Shown piece by piece: positions 21,597-32,379 of a stretch of DNA of 64,000 nucleotides. The DNA is from Thermodesulfobacteriota bacterium (lineage in GTDB: Bacteria > Desulfobacterota > GWC2-55-46), in assembly GCA_030583865.1 (NCBI GenBank), contig CP129479.1:1476744-1540743 (forward strand), in the 5' to 3' direction. The position numbers and the translations under genes are program-made. The notes beneath the pieces are model-generated. The model worked only from the letters and a program-made list of their open reading frames with translations, did not search any database and was not told where the DNA came from. Positions within the stretch are counted from its first letter, which is position 1, and every line of letters starts with the position of its first letter.

Positions 21597-23003
21597 TCAT
21601 TTAAAAAGCGCGAGCTGGGGCGCCTGGGCGCTCAGTACGTCGACCGGGTATCTGCCGGTGAAGCATGCGTCGCAAAAGCTCCCGCCGGCCTCGCGCACGG
21701 CCTGGTACAGGCCTTCGACGCTGAGATAACCGAGCGTATCGGACGTTATATAGCGGGTTATCTCCTCCACGCCCTGGGCCGCCGCGATAAGCTCGTCCCG
21801 CCTCGGCGTGTCAATGCCGTAGTAGCAGGGGCATATGGTCGGCGGCGAGCTTATCCTCATGTGGACCTCTTTCGCGCCGGCGGCCCTTATCATCTTTATT
21901 ATTTTCCTGCTCGTGGTGCCGCGGACGATGGAATCGTCTATGACGACCACCCTTTTGCCGCTTATTATGTCGCTTATCGCGTTGAGCTTTATCTTCACGC
22001 CGAAGTGGCGTATCGAGTCCTTGGGTTCTATGAATGTGCGGCCCACGTAATGGTTCCTCACGATGCCCTTGTCAAAGGGTATGCCGGAGGCCTCGGCATA
22101 CCCTATCGCGGCAGGGACGCCGGAGTCAGGCACCGGCACGACCACGTCCGCCTCGACCGGGTGCTCCATTGCGAGCCTCGCGCCGAGTTTTTTCCTGACC
22201 GCGTGCACATTGGCCCCGAATATCTTCGAGTCGGGCCTTGCGAAATATATGAACTCGAAGACGCAAGGGGTGTACTTGACAGCGGGAAACGGCTTGTAGG
22301 ACGCTATGCCGCTTCCGTCTATGACGACTATCTCGCCTGGCTCTATTTCCCTGACGTACTCGGCCTCTATGAGGTCGAAGGCGCAGGTCTCGGACGCCAC
22401 GACCCACGCGCCCTTGAGCCTGCCGAGCGATAGTGGCCGGAAGCCATGCGGGTCCCTTGCCGCTATCATGGCCTTCTCCGTGAGGAAAAGGAGCGAATAC
22501 GAGCCGAGCACCCTCCTAAGCGAGGCGGTTATCCTGTCCACGAGCGAGTTCTCCTTGCTGGAGGCCAGGAGGTGGACGATTATCTCGGTGTCCATCGAGG
22601 ACTGGAAGATGGAGCCGTAGGCCTCGAACTCGGCCCTGAGTATCTGCGCGTTTACGATGTTGCCGTTATGGGCGACCGCTATCCCGCCCCTCGAATACTC
22701 GACGACAAAAGGCTGCGCGTTCCTTATATGGGACTCTCCGGTGGTCGAATAACGGACGTGCCCTATGGCGGAGCTGCCGTGGAGGCGCTCGATGTCGGCC
22801 TCGGTAAAGACGTCGGCAACGAGGCCCATTCCCTTGTGCGAATATATCCGCTCGCCGTCGGTCGATGCTATGCCGGAGCTCTCCTGCCCCCTGTGCTGGA
22901 GCGAGTAGAGGCCGAGATACGCGAGATTGGCGGCCTCGGGGTGTCCGTAGATGCCGAAGACCCCGCACTCGTCGTTGAACCTGTCTTTTCTGAAAGGGCT
23001 CAT
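21597..23003 (-). CDS. purF: amidophosphoribosyltransferase
   Basis: 468 aa; MCGVFGIYG Ntn start after propeptide; C-terminal Fe-S cysteines. Confidence 0.92.
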   Translation of the reverse strand: MSPFRKDRFNDECGVFGIYGHPEAANLAYLGLYSLQHRGQESSGIASTDGERIYSHKGMGLVADVFTEADIERLHGSSAIGHVRYSTTGESHIRNAQPFVVEYSRGGIAVAHNGNIVNAQILRAEFEAYGSIFQSSMDTEIIVHLLASSKENSLVDRITASLRRVLGSYSLLFLTEKAMIAARDPHGFRPLSLGRLKGAWVVASETCAFDLIEAEYVREIEPGEIVVIDGSGIASYKPFPAVKYTPCVFEFIYFARPDSKIFGANVHAVRKKLGARLAMEHPVEADVVVPVPDSGVPAAIGYAEASGIPFDKGIVRNHYVGRTFIEPKDSIRHFGVKIKLNAISDIISGKRVVVIDDSIVRGTTSRKIIKMIRAAGAKEVHMRISSPPTICPCYYGIDTPRRDELIAAAQGVEEITRYITSDTLGYLSVEGLYQAVREAGGSFCDACFTGRYPVDVLSAQAPQLALFK

Positions 23004-23018
23004 CAGTAAACCGGAACC

Positions 23019-25226
23019 TTATCTGGAACCCATGTATTTTTCAAACGCGCCGGACCAGGCGTCCCTGACCCTGTCCAGGCCTATATCGATGAATCTTCCT
23101 ATTTTGAGGGACGTCCCGCCGACCCTGCCTATCACCCTGAACGGGGCCCCGGCCTTTTCCGCTATGGCCTTCATTTCATCGAGGTCGTCTTCCGCAAGGC
23201 TTATTACTATCCTCGACTGGGCCTCGCCGAACAGCGCGTCGTCGGCCCTGAGCCCCCCAGCTTCCATCTCGACCGCCGCGCCGACCGGCCCGTCCGGGTT
23301 AAGGCACGCCTCGGCAAGGGCGACAGCGAGGCCGCCGTCCGAGACGTCGTGCGCGGAGGATATTATACCAGCCCTGATGCCCTTCAAACAAGCATCATGG
23401 ACCGACTTCTCAAGGGCAAGGTCCAGCGCCGGCGGGGTCCCTTTCTCCATGCCGTGGACCGAATAGAGGTATTCGCTCCCGCCGAGGCCCGGCCCGTCAT
23501 TGCCGAGGAGCCCTATTAGGCCGCCCTCTGAAAGGAACCACTGCCTCGTGTGGCAGGCCGCCTTTTCTATAAGCCCCACCATGCCTATGGCCGGGGTGGG
23601 CTGTACGGAAACCCCCGACGTCTCGTTATATAGGCTTACGTTGCCGCTCACTACGGGTATGCCGAGCGCGAGGCACGCCTCTTTTATGCCCTCTATGGCC
23701 TCTTTTATCTGCCACATGACCTCGGGCCTTTCCGGGTTCCCGAAGTTCAGGCAATCGGTTAGGGCCATGGGCCGCGCGCCGCTCGAGACGAGGTTCCGCG
23801 CGGCTTCGGCTACCGCGAGCCTCCCCCCTGCCCTCGGGTCGAGGTAGCAGTACCGGGAATTGCAGTCCGCGGTCAGGGCCAGCGCCTTGTCCGTCCCCTT
23901 TATCCTTACGACGGCCGAATCAGACCCGGGCAGGACGACCGTATCCGTCCTCACCATGTGGTCGAACTGGCGGTATATCCACTGCTTGCTCGCGATATTG
24001 AGGGATGAGAGAAGCTTTATGAGCGCCGCGTTATAATCGCCCGGCTCAGGGACCGACGACATATCGAGCGAATTGAGCCCGTCCTGCCAGGCCGGACGCT
24101 TCGAGGGCCTGTCGTATACGGGCGCGTCGTCGGTAAGGAACGGTACAGGTATCTCGGCGACCGTCTTCCCGCACTCCGTTATCCTTATTACGTTCCCATC
24201 GAATACCCTGCCTATGACCTCGCAATCGAGGTCCCATTTGCTGAATATTTCCTTTACCTTGTCCTCGACGCCCTTCCGGACGACCATGAGCATCCTCTCC
24301 TGCGACTCGGAGAGCATTATCTCGTAAGGGGTCATACCCTCTTCGCGCCTGGGGACCCTGTCCATGTCGAGCTCTATCCCGACCCCTCCCCTGGATGCCA
24401 TCTCGACGCTCGACGAAGTGAGCCCCGCGGCTCCCATGTCCTGTATGCCTACGACGTAATCGGTCCTGAACAGTTCGAGGCAGGCCTCAAGGAGGAGCTT
24501 CTCGGCGAACGGGTCGCCGACCTGGACCGTGGGCCTCCTCTCCTCGCCGCCCTCGCCGAAGACGTCTGAGGCCATTGTAGCGCCGTGTATGCCGTCCCTG
24601 CCGGTCTTGCTGCCAACGTACATGACGGGGTTGCCTGCGCCCGAGGCCTTGCCCCTGAATATCCGGTCCTTTTTCACGACCCCGGCGGTCATGACGTTCA
24701 CGAGGCAGTTGCCGTTGTACGAGGGGTTGAAGCTCACCTCTCCGCCGACTGTCGGGACCCCGATGCAGTTCCCGTACCCGGCTATGCCGGAGACTACCCC
24801 GTCGACGAGGAACCTCGTCCTCGGGTTGTCCGGTGCGCCGAAACGAAGGAGGTTCAAAGAGGCAACGGGCCTTGCGCCCATCGTGAATATGTCCCTCAAT
24901 ATGCCGCCGACGCCGGTAGCCGCGCCCTGGTAGGGCTCTATGAAAGAAGGGTGGTTGTGGCTTTCCATCTTGAAGGCCACGGCGAGCCCGTCGCCTATGT
25001 CGACAATCCCGGCGTTCTCGCCCGGGCCCTGCAGCACGAACTCGCCCTTTGTCGAAAAGCCTTTCAAATGCCTCCTCGATGACTTGTATGAGCAGTGCTC
25101 GCTCCACATGACCGAGAATATGCCGAGCTCCAGGAGGTTCGGCTCCCTCCCGAGGGAGGCCACTATCCTCTGGTACTCGTCCGGGGCGAGCCCGTGTTCC
25201 TTTACCGTTTCTTCAGTTATCCTCAT
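23019..25226 (-). CDS. purL: phosphoribosylformylglycinamidine synthase subunit PurL
   Basis: 735 aa; AIR synthase-related duplicated domains. Confidence 0.92.
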   Translation of the reverse strand: MRITEETVKEHGLAPDEYQRIVASLGREPNLLELGIFSVMWSEHCSYKSSRRHLKGFSTKGEFVLQGPGENAGIVDIGDGLAVAFKMESHNHPSFIEPYQGAATGVGGILRDIFTMGARPVASLNLLRFGAPDNPRTRFLVDGVVSGIAGYGNCIGVPTVGGEVSFNPSYNGNCLVNVMTAGVVKKDRIFRGKASGAGNPVMYVGSKTGRDGIHGATMASDVFGEGGEERRPTVQVGDPFAEKLLLEACLELFRTDYVVGIQDMGAAGLTSSSVEMASRGGVGIELDMDRVPRREEGMTPYEIMLSESQERMLMVVRKGVEDKVKEIFSKWDLDCEVIGRVFDGNVIRITECGKTVAEIPVPFLTDDAPVYDRPSKRPAWQDGLNSLDMSSVPEPGDYNAALIKLLSSLNIASKQWIYRQFDHMVRTDTVVLPGSDSAVVRIKGTDKALALTADCNSRYCYLDPRAGGRLAVAEAARNLVSSGARPMALTDCLNFGNPERPEVMWQIKEAIEGIKEACLALGIPVVSGNVSLYNETSGVSVQPTPAIGMVGLIEKAACHTRQWFLSEGGLIGLLGNDGPGLGGSEYLYSVHGMEKGTPPALDLALEKSVHDACLKGIRAGIISSAHDVSDGGLAVALAEACLNPDGPVGAAVEMEAGGLRADDALFGEAQSRIVISLAEDDLDEMKAIAEKAGAPFRVIGRVGGTSLKIGRFIDIGLDRVRDAWSGAFEKYMGSR

Positions 25227-25230
25227 TTCC

Positions 25231-26325
25231 CTATTCCGCCGGGATGGTGTATATCCACCCGCGCTTGTCCTCTATCTCTCCGTACTGGAGGCCTGTTATA
25301 TGGTCGTAGATTCTCTTCGATAGCGGGCCGGTCTCGCCGCGGTTGATGGTGATTGACGCGCCCTGGTGGTGTATCTCGCCTACGGGCGATATGACGGCTG
25401 CCGTGCCTGTGCCGAAGGCCTCTTTCAAGCTCCCCTTTTCAGAGGCTGCGAAGACCTCGTCTATTGAGATCTTCCGCTCCGAGACCTTAAGGCCCCAGTC
25501 CCGCGCGATAGCCATGACCGAGTCGCGGGTTACGCCAGCGAGCACCGAGCCGCCGAGGGCCGGGGTCACGAGCTCGTCTTCGAGGAGGAAGAACATGTTC
25601 ATGGTGCCGACTTCCTCTATGTATTTTTTCTCGACCGCGTCGAGCCACAATACCTGCGTAAAGCCCTTTTTCTTGGCCTCCTCCGCTGGCAAAAGGCTTG
25701 CCGCGTAGTTCGCCGGGGTCTTGGCCTCTCCGAGCCCGCCCCTTACGGCACGGACATACTCCCCGGGAGTGGTGAGCTTGACCGGGTTTATCCCCTCTTT
25801 ATAGTACGCGCCCACGGGGGAGGTTATGATGAGGAACTTGTATGTGTCGGAGACTTTAACGCCGAGATAGTTGTCGGTGGCGAATATGAACGGCCTTATA
25901 TATAGCGCGCAGCCTCTTTTCGGCGGCACCCAGCCCCTGTCAGTCCGTATAAGCGTGTGAAGGCCCGCGATGAAGTCCTGATAGGAAACCGGTGGTATGC
26001 AGAGCCTCTTAGAGGAACGGAGCATCCTTTCATGGTATTTCTCGGGCCTGAATATGTTTATGGAGCCGTTAGGGGCGCCAAAAGCCTTGAGCCCCTCGAA
26101 AATGGCCTGCCCGTAGTGGAGTGTGGTGAGCGCCGGGGAGACCTCGATATTGCCGAAGGGGACGACTGCCGGGGGGCCCCACATGCCGTCACTGAAGTCC
26201 ATTGAGAGCATGTGGTCGGAAAAGACGGTGCCGAAGACCGGGTTTTCGAGGATGCCGGGGGTGAGCCTGCTCTCCTTGACCCTCCTTACCTCGACATTTT
26301 TCAGGAACGGCATATTATTGGACAT
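25231..26325 (-). CDS. ilvE: branched-chain amino acid aminotransferase
   Basis: Class IV PLP aminotransferase; starts MSNNMPF. The 40 upstream ORF codons are unlikely to be coding. Confidence 0.85.
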   Translation of the reverse strand: MSNNMPFLKNVEVRRVKESRLTPGILENPVFGTVFSDHMLSMDFSDGMWGPPAVVPFGNIEVSPALTTLHYGQAIFEGLKAFGAPNGSINIFRPEKYHERMLRSSKRLCIPPVSYQDFIAGLHTLIRTDRGWVPPKRGCALYIRPFIFATDNYLGVKVSDTYKFLIITSPVGAYYKEGINPVKLTTPGEYVRAVRGGLGEAKTPANYAASLLPAEEAKKKGFTQVLWLDAVEKKYIEEVGTMNMFFLLEDELVTPALGGSVLAGVTRDSVMAIARDWGLKVSERKISIDEVFAASEKGSLKEAFGTGTAAVISPVGEIHHQGASITINRGETGPLSKRIYDHITGLQYGEIEDKRGWIYTIPAE

Positions 26326-26521
26326 TTTCCCTTGCGAGGAGTGCGGCTCCCTTCGGAAACCCGGATTTTTCAAAGGGGTTTCTCCGCACAGGGGCCGAAA
26401 AACGAGCTTTCTCCGGATATCCGGAGAAAAATTAAAATAACCCAAAAAAGGGCAAATGACAAGAGCGAAAAGAGGCGTGGAATCGTATTTAGAGGGGCTG
26501 GCCAGGCGGGAGAGCGCCGGC

Positions 26522-26995
26522 TCAGGCGCCCTGGCTCGAAGGGAGCCTCGCTATCATCTCCATTGCTTTTCTGATGATATCCTTCTCGTCCTTGAACCTC
26601 ATCATGCCGGCAGCCTCGCCTATCGGGACCCACCTGCACTCGTCGACCTCCTCGTCGTGGTCCTCGACCCTGCCTGACGTATACTCCATGAGGAAGAAAT
26701 ACACTATCTTGAATATCCTCCTGGTCTCCGCGCCCTCCTTCAATGTAAAGAAATACTCGATATGCCCTATCTTCTCGATTATCCTGCCGTCAAGGCCAGT
26801 CTCTTCCCTCACCTCCCGGTGCGCGGTCCTGGCGAGGTTCTCGCCTTTTTCAGCCGTGCCCTTGGGAAGCCCCCAGACCTTGCCGCCGCGTACGGAAATG
26901 AGCGCGATCTCGACCGTCCCTTCGCTTTTTCTTCTGAAGATAACGCCGCCCGCCGAAATCTGGCGCTCCGCCACGTGCCCCTCCGATACGGTCAA
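26522..26995 (-). CDS. NUDIX hydrolase
   Basis: 157 aa; Nudix box GX5EX7REVREETGL. Confidence 0.8.
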   Translation of the reverse strand: MTVSEGHVAERQISAGGVIFRRKSEGTVEIALISVRGGKVWGLPKGTAEKGENLARTAHREVREETGLDGRIIEKIGHIEYFFTLKEGAETRRIFKIVYFFLMEYTSGRVEDHDEEVDECRWVPIGEAAGMMRFKDEKDIIRKAMEMIARLPSSQGA

Positions 26996-27092
26996 TCAAT
27001 CTCCAAGGGTCGAATTCCCCGCCGCTTGCGGCGCGGCTAAAAGACACCCCCGGTGCTTGCAGCGGAGTAGTCCTTTACGCACGCTTTCCCGC

Positions 27093-28007
27093 TCAGCAAT
27101 GCCCTTCTATCCTGTGCAGCCCCTCTTTGCGCGCGGTCTCAACCGCTTCGTCCAGTTCCGTTCCCGTGGTCCTTCTCGACAGACGCCTGTCTTCAAAGGC
27201 CCTGTATACAGGCCTGTACTGGCCCATGATGTTTACATAGGTGTCCGCGGATACGTCCTCGGACAGGAAGCGCATTACCTCCTCCGTGCCGGCAAGGCCG
27301 TCCGGCAGGACCAGGTGCCTTACGATGAGGCCCCGGCGGGCGATATTATCCAGCCCGGTCTCAAGGTCTCCGACCTGCCGGTGCATCTCCATAACCGCCT
27401 CCCTGGCCTTCGAAAAATATCCGTGTACGCCTGAAAGCTCGAGGCCCATCCGGTCGGAGCCATACTTGATGTCCGGCATGTATATATCGAATACGCCTTC
27501 AAGCAGCCGCAGCGCATCGACCGAGTCATAGCCGCCCGAGTTGTAGACGAGCGGCACCTCGAGGCCGTTCTCAATCGCAAGGGGAAGGCTTTCGGCAATA
27601 TGCGGCGCCTGGTGGGTCGGGGTGACGAGGTTTATGTTATGGCAGCCTTCTCTCTGGAGGCGGAGCATCATTGAGGCGAGCCCCTCGGAAGTCACTTCCC
27701 TCCCGTCTCCGGAGCGGCTTATCTCATGGTTCTGGCAGAAGACGCACTTAAGATTGCAGTACGAAAGGAATATCGTGCCGCTGCCGTATCGGCCCGAAAG
27801 CGGCGGCTCCTCCCCGAAGTGCGCGATGGCAGCGGAAACTTGCGGAAGCGCGCCGGAACGGCAGACGCCGGTCTCCCCGTCAAGGCGTCGTGCGCCGCAT
27901 CTCAAGGGGCAAAGCCTGCACGGAGATAGCATGGCCCTGAGCCCCCGTATCCTCTCAAAGAGCTCGCCGGTCTCGTAAAGCCTTATGTAGCCCGGACGGA
28001 AACCCAT
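27093..28007 (-). CDS. radical SAM protein, PflX/COG1313-like (PFL-activase homologue)
   Basis: 304 aa; CNLKCVFCQN CxxxCxxC motif; N-terminal CxxCxxxC...C cluster. Confidence 0.72.
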   Translation of the reverse strand: MGFRPGYIRLYETGELFERIRGLRAMLSPCRLCPLRCGARRLDGETGVCRSGALPQVSAAIAHFGEEPPLSGRYGSGTIFLSYCNLKCVFCQNHEISRSGDGREVTSEGLASMMLRLQREGCHNINLVTPTHQAPHIAESLPLAIENGLEVPLVYNSGGYDSVDALRLLEGVFDIYMPDIKYGSDRMGLELSGVHGYFSKAREAVMEMHRQVGDLETGLDNIARRGLIVRHLVLPDGLAGTEEVMRFLSEDVSADTYVNIMGQYRPVYRAFEDRRLSRRTTGTELDEAVETARKEGLHRIEGHC

Positions 28008-28112
28008 ACACGGACATTATATCAGGAACGGCTCCCCGGCAGGAACGGAAATCGGTCCTGCCGTACGGGCAATTGCCGTACGCTTCAGCGTAAGTCCCTA
28101 AGCGCGGGGATG

Positions 28113-28502
28113 TCAGAGAGTGGGCTTCCTGCCCCCGGACTGCTCTTCGAGCTCGGTCTGGCACTTGAGGCAGTGCTCGGCGTAAGGCATGGCCTTGAGC
28201 CTCTCGTCCCCTATCTCGGCCCCGCACCTGCTGCAAGCGCCGTACGTGCCCTCGTCCAGCTTCCGTAGGGCCACTTCCATCCTCTCGAGCTCCTGCCGCC
28301 TAAGGTCCGAGACCGAAAGGCCGAGGTCTTCGACAAGGTCAAGGACCGACAGCTCCTCGAGGTCGTGAGGTATGTCGAACTGGTCGCTGTAGTCCTTCCC
28401 GAATTTCCTGAATATCTCTTCCCTCAGCTCGTTCCACACCTTGCGCTTCCTGTCGAGGATGAGCTTTTTATGCCCTGCCTTGTGGTTGTCGTTCCGGTTC
28501 AT
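28113..28502 (-). CDS. DksA/TraR-family C4 zinc-finger protein
   Basis: 129 aa; coiled-coil plus CSRCGAEI...CLKC zinc finger. Confidence 0.7.
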   Translation of the reverse strand: MNRNDNHKAGHKKLILDRKRKVWNELREEIFRKFGKDYSDQFDIPHDLEELSVLDLVEDLGLSVSDLRRQELERMEVALRKLDEGTYGACSRCGAEIGDERLKAMPYAEHCLKCQTELEEQSGGRKPTL

Positions 28503-28529
28503 CGGCTGAGACCTCCTTTATAGGCCTTA

Positions 28530-29738
28530 TCAGCATACCGGGTGCTCGCCCCTGGCCAGCTCTTCGGTAAACGAAGGTATCCGCAAAAGGAACTCGTCGA
28601 TTATCTTCCTCACTCCCTTTTCGTAACGGTCCCTGCCGGCCCTGCCGTCGGGTATCACCTGCACAAAGACCTGCTTCGGCTCGTCTATTGGCCTCCCGAT
28701 CTCGCTCAGGAGCCAGACGGATACCTCCTTGACGCCATTGACGCTCTTGTATATCTCGGAAGCCATGAGGTGCGACAGTATCGAGTATATCTTCCCCACG
28801 TGGCTTACCGGATTTTTTCCGGCTGCCGCCTCGGTGCCCATCGGGCGGTTGAGGGAAATGACCCCGTTTACGCGGTTCCCTCTCCCCACCTGGCCCGAGT
28901 CCGCGTCCTCGGCGGAGGTGCCGAGAAGCGTGAGGTATACGCCCCTGGTGCCCTGTCCTTTCATGTCGAGAGAATTGAGGTTGAGAGTGATTTCAGAAAA
29001 CGGGAAACCCGACAGGAAGTCCCTGATCGCGGTATGCATCTCCTTTTTCTTTTTGAAGTAGGCAGCCTCGCTCTGTATAAGACCCGCCAAAAGCGGGCAG
29101 GCGACCGTCAAATCGAGCTCGCTTCCAGTCCTTACGCCCATCACCTTCACGTCCGAGCCTGCCTCGGGGAAACGAAGCTTAAAGGCCTCGGAATTTATGA
29201 AGCGCTCGGTGGCCAGGACCGCGCGCTCGGCGGTGGTAAGCGGCGCGTATCCCGCCGCAGCGGAAGTGTCGTTCGCGACCCTCACCCTGCCGCGCCTCTC
29301 GAATATCCCTGCAAGCTCCTCGGAGCCCGGCTGCAGTACGACCCTGACCTTAAGGTGCTCTTGAGGGTCAACGTGCGGGAGGTTCTCGGCTACCCAGGAA
29401 CGGACTGTCCGCTTGACGATATCCTCGACCGGGACGCGTGAGTCGCCAATCCCGTAAGAGGCCCTGTCGCCGACGATTAGCTCCATTGGCTTCAAAACCT
29501 TTCCGCTGCCGAAGCCCTTTTCCACCTGCCCTGCCACGAGCAGGCCCTTGTCGATGTTATGATGGAGGACGGCGCCGAATCTTTCCATGTATTCGCGGCT
29601 CAAGGCAACCGAAATCCTATCCATGACAGCGTCGCAGATGGAGTCGGGGTGCCCGGTCCCCTTCCTCTCGACTATCTCCACGGCCTGCTCGGAAACGGCC
29701 ATGTTAGTAGAGACCTCGACGGTCTTCTGCATTGTCAC
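28530..29738 (-). CDS. S-adenosylmethionine synthetase, archaeal type (PF01941 family)
   Basis: 402 aa; near-collinear with Methanocaldococcus MAT: EIVERKGTGHPDSICD, VANDTS, YLTLLGTSAE, GRGNRVNG, GKNPVSHVGKIY. Confidence 0.8.
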   Translation of the reverse strand: MTMQKTVEVSTNMAVSEQAVEIVERKGTGHPDSICDAVMDRISVALSREYMERFGAVLHHNIDKGLLVAGQVEKGFGSGKVLKPMELIVGDRASYGIGDSRVPVEDIVKRTVRSWVAENLPHVDPQEHLKVRVVLQPGSEELAGIFERRGRVRVANDTSAAAGYAPLTTAERAVLATERFINSEAFKLRFPEAGSDVKVMGVRTGSELDLTVACPLLAGLIQSEAAYFKKKKEMHTAIRDFLSGFPFSEITLNLNSLDMKGQGTRGVYLTLLGTSAEDADSGQVGRGNRVNGVISLNRPMGTEAAAGKNPVSHVGKIYSILSHLMASEIYKSVNGVKEVSVWLLSEIGRPIDEPKQVFVQVIPDGRAGRDRYEKGVRKIIDEFLLRIPSFTEELARGEHPVC

Positions 29739-29796
29739 CCGGTCCCCGTTGAATTAGGCCGAAAAGGCGAGCCGGCAGGTTACTGAAAAGCCCCCT

Positions 29797-29900
29797 TTGG
29801 GGGAAACTTTCTATAGAAAGTTTCCCCCCACCCCCCCTTCAAAGATTAGTTGTTCCTGAGATGACCCCCATGAATGGGGGTCATCTCAGGAACAACTAAA
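29797..29900. repeat. palindromic repeat family C copy 2
   Basis: Perfect palindrome ggaaactttctatagaaagtttcc (29802-29825) flanked by C/G runs; perfect 24-bp-stem hairpin tagttgttcctgagatgaccccca / tgggggtcatctcaggaacaacta (29848-29898). Sits in the 5' region of the archaeal-type MAT gene. Confidence 0.7.
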
Positions 29901-30039
29901 AACTTTTGGAGAGAGGTTAGGTCCAATGGATGCGAACGTGATACATGAGGCTATTCGCCTCCTGAGCCCTATGAGCATCCAATGGCTCTAGAACCTTTTT
30001 ATAAAAAGGTCCTCTCAAGGGTTTTATGCACCTGCAGCT

Positions 30040-30651
30040 TCACTTTTTCGGCTTCTTCGAGTACCTTTCCATCTTGCTGTATATGCAGCCGCAGTATTTC
30101 TGCCTGTAGAGGCCGAGGGCCCTGGAGGCGTCGATTCCATCCTGCCAGAAGGCCCTGAAATCCTCATAAAGGAAGAGTATGCCGTACTTTCCGGCTAATT
30201 CAATGCCTGCGCTCCTTATGGCCCCGTGGTCCTGGTACCTGCTGTAGAGAAGAGAGGATGTGAAGACGGGAAACCCGAGCGAGCTCGCGGCCCGCGCCGT
30301 AGCCTCAAGCCTCAGGTAATAGCAGTATTCGCACCTCTTCCCCGTTTGCGGGAAACCTGGGCCAGCGTGCTCTTTCATGCCCTTGAGGAACGTTGAGGGC
30401 CTGTATTCCTCGTCATAGATGACGTTCAGGGAGAGGTGGCGGGCAAGCTCCTTTGCTGCGGCAATCCTTTTCCTGAATTCCGAAAGGGGGTGGATGTTCG
30501 GGTTATGGAAGAAACCTGTGACCTCGGCCTTGCCGTCAAGGAGTGATTTTAGCGGCATGATGGAGCATGGGCCGCAGCAGATGTGCGCAAGCACTACCGC
30601 ATTGCCGCCGCCTATCGCAGGTAGGTCCTTTATGGATATGGCCTCTTTCAT
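30040..30651 (-). CDS. queH: epoxyqueuosine reductase QueH (DUF208)
   Basis: 203 aa; HICCGPCS motif and C-terminal CxxC. Confidence 0.75.
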   Translation of the reverse strand: MKEAISIKDLPAIGGGNAVVLAHICCGPCSIMPLKSLLDGKAEVTGFFHNPNIHPLSEFRKRIAAAKELARHLSLNVIYDEEYRPSTFLKGMKEHAGPGFPQTGKRCEYCYYLRLEATARAASSLGFPVFTSSLLYSRYQDHGAIRSAGIELAGKYGILFLYEDFRAFWQDGIDASRALGLYRQKYCGCIYSKMERYSKKPKK

Positions 30652-30731
30652 TGGAGACCCGTTGTTTTGGATTTGGAATTGGCGTACTTTCGTGTACGCC
30701 GGAGTGTGCAGATGGATTTTTCAGCAGCCTG

Positions 30732-31763
30732 TTAAAACAGCCCGTCATGCTTCCCCGCGCTCGCCGTCTTCCTGTAGGGCCTTCCCAGGTGCGCGTACGC
30801 GAGCTCCGTAGCGACCCTGCCCCTGGGGGTCCTGTTGAGATACCCCTCCTGCAGGAGGTAGGGCTCGTGGAGGTCCTCGATGGCGTCCTTCTCTTCATGG
30901 AGCGCGGATGCAAGCGCCTCTATGCCCACCGGCCCTCCGCCGAACTTGTCTATTATGGTGAGGAGCATCCTCCTGTCCATCTTGTCGAACCCTTTCGAGT
31001 CTATCTCGAGCATGGAGAGCGCGCCTGAGGCGACGTCCCTTGTTATGACGCCCTTTGCCTTGACCTGGGCAAAGTCCCTCACCCGCCGCAAGAGCCGGTT
31101 CGCCACCCTCGGGGTACCCCTCGACCTCCCGGCTATCTCCTCCGCGCCGTCGTCGGTTATCTCGACATCGAGTATGGAGGCCGAGCGCGCGACTATGGTC
31201 TTGAGCTCGGAAGCGGCATAGAAATCGAACCTCAGCATCACGCCGAACCTGTCCCTCAGGGGCGAGGTAAGGAGCCCGGCCCTGGTAGTCGCGCCGATGA
31301 GGGTGAACTTCGGAAGCTCTATCTTCACCGACCTCGCCGAAGGCCCCTGGCCTATCAGGATATCTATGTGGTAGTCCTCCATTGCCGGGTACAGTATCTC
31401 CTCGACGGCCGGGGTAAGCCTGTGTATCTCGTCTATGAAGAAGACGTCCCTGTCCTCGATGTTGGTGAGCATGGCCGCAAGGTCGCCCGCCTTGTCTATG
31501 ACAGGGCCCGAGGAGGCCTTTATCTGGCTCCCGAGCTCGTTGGCGATTATCATTGCCATCGTGGTCTTGCCGAGCCCCGGGGGGCCGTAGAAAAGCACAT
31601 GGTCGAGCGCCTCTCCCCTGCCCTTCGCGGCCTGTATGAAGACCTTGAGGTTCTCCTTGAGCTTCTCCTGCCCTATGAAGTCGTCCAGGAGCCTGGGCCG
31701 GAGCGTAGCCTCTAACTCGTCTTCTTTAAGCTTCGCGGGCGTTATCTCGCGCTCGTCTTCCAT
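30732..31763 (-). CDS. ruvB: Holliday junction branch migration ATPase RuvB
   Basis: 343 aa; Walker [10 protein letters not shown]. Confidence 0.93.
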   Translation of the reverse strand: MEDEREITPAKLKEDELEATLRPRLLDDFIGQEKLKENLKVFIQAAKGRGEALDHVLFYGPPGLGKTTMAMIIANELGSQIKASSGPVIDKAGDLAAMLTNIEDRDVFFIDEIHRLTPAVEEILYPAMEDYHIDILIGQGPSARSVKIELPKFTLIGATTRAGLLTSPLRDRFGVMLRFDFYAASELKTIVARSASILDVEITDDGAEEIAGRSRGTPRVANRLLRRVRDFAQVKAKGVITRDVASGALSMLEIDSKGFDKMDRRMLLTIIDKFGGGPVGIEALASALHEEKDAIEDLHEPYLLQEGYLNRTPRGRVATELAYAHLGRPYRKTASAGKHDGLF

Positions 31764-31767
31764 TCGT

Positions 31768-32379
31768 TCATGTCCTTGTCTTTGAAATGAGCCTGAGCGA
31801 TTCCTTCAATACCTCTTCGAAGGCAGGCTCGTCGCCGAGCGAGCGGGCCGCCTTCTTTGCCGCCTCCTCGGCGGGCACGCTCCTGTAGCCGAGGTTCTCG
31901 AGGGCAGACACAACGTCGCTTACGAGCGGGTCCTTGCCGGACGCGGGCTCTTCCTGAGGCGCGCCCTTGAAGGATATTGAGCCTATCTTGTCCTTAAGCT
32001 CCAGGATGAGCCTCTCGGACGATTTTGCCCCGATACCCGGGATTGAGCCGAGCCGCGCCTTGTCCGACGAGCCTATGGCCTGTATGAGGTCGCCTACCGC
32101 GACACCTGAGAGGATGTTCCGGGCAAGCTTCGGACCCACGCCCGAGACGCTTATCAGGAGCTGGAAGACCTCCTTCTCCTCCTGGGTAAGAAACCCGTAC
32201 AGCTGTATGGCGTCCTCCCTCAAATGGGTATGGACCCGGAGGCTTACTGTCTCGCCGTTTTGAGGGAGGGTGTAGAAAGTGGACAGCGGGATGAAGACCT
32301 CGTAGCCCACCCCGCCGGTCTCGACGACCACCGATTCGGTCGTCTTGTGTATTATGCGCCCTTTTATGCTGGCGATCAT
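31768..32379 (-). CDS. ruvA: Holliday junction DNA helicase RuvA
   Basis: 203 aa; MIASIKG...GVGYEV start. Confidence 0.9.
   Translation of the reverse strand: MIASIKGRIIHKTTESVVVETGGVGYEVFIPLSTFYTLPQNGETVSLRVHTHLREDAIQLYGFLTQEEKEVFQLLISVSGVGPKLARNILSGVAVGDLIQAIGSSDKARLGSIPGIGAKSSERLILELKDKIGSISFKGAPQEEPASGKDPLVSDVVSALENLGYRSVPAEEAAKKAARSLGDEPAFEEVLKESLRLISKTRT

Noticed and set aside
26326-26521. Possible leader or terminator structure in the 196-bp region upstream of ilvE / downstream of NUDIX
   Set aside because: It contains a ccggatatccgg palindrome and T-rich stretch on the minus strand, but no clean stem plus U-tract and no recognisable leader ORF. The evidence is insufficient to call a feature.
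28008-28112. Short hairpins (ggcagga..tcctgcc; gtacgggcaattgccgtac) between the radical SAM and DksA-like genes
   Set aside because: Stems are short or imperfect and there is no T tract. They are probably incidental in high-GC DNA.
29739-29900. SAM riboswitch upstream of the SAM synthetase gene
   Set aside because: The minus-strand leader was checked for SAM-I, SAM-II and SAM-VI hallmark motifs by eye. None were recognised. The region is instead dominated by the family C palindromes. A covariance-model scan would be needed to exclude a divergent class.
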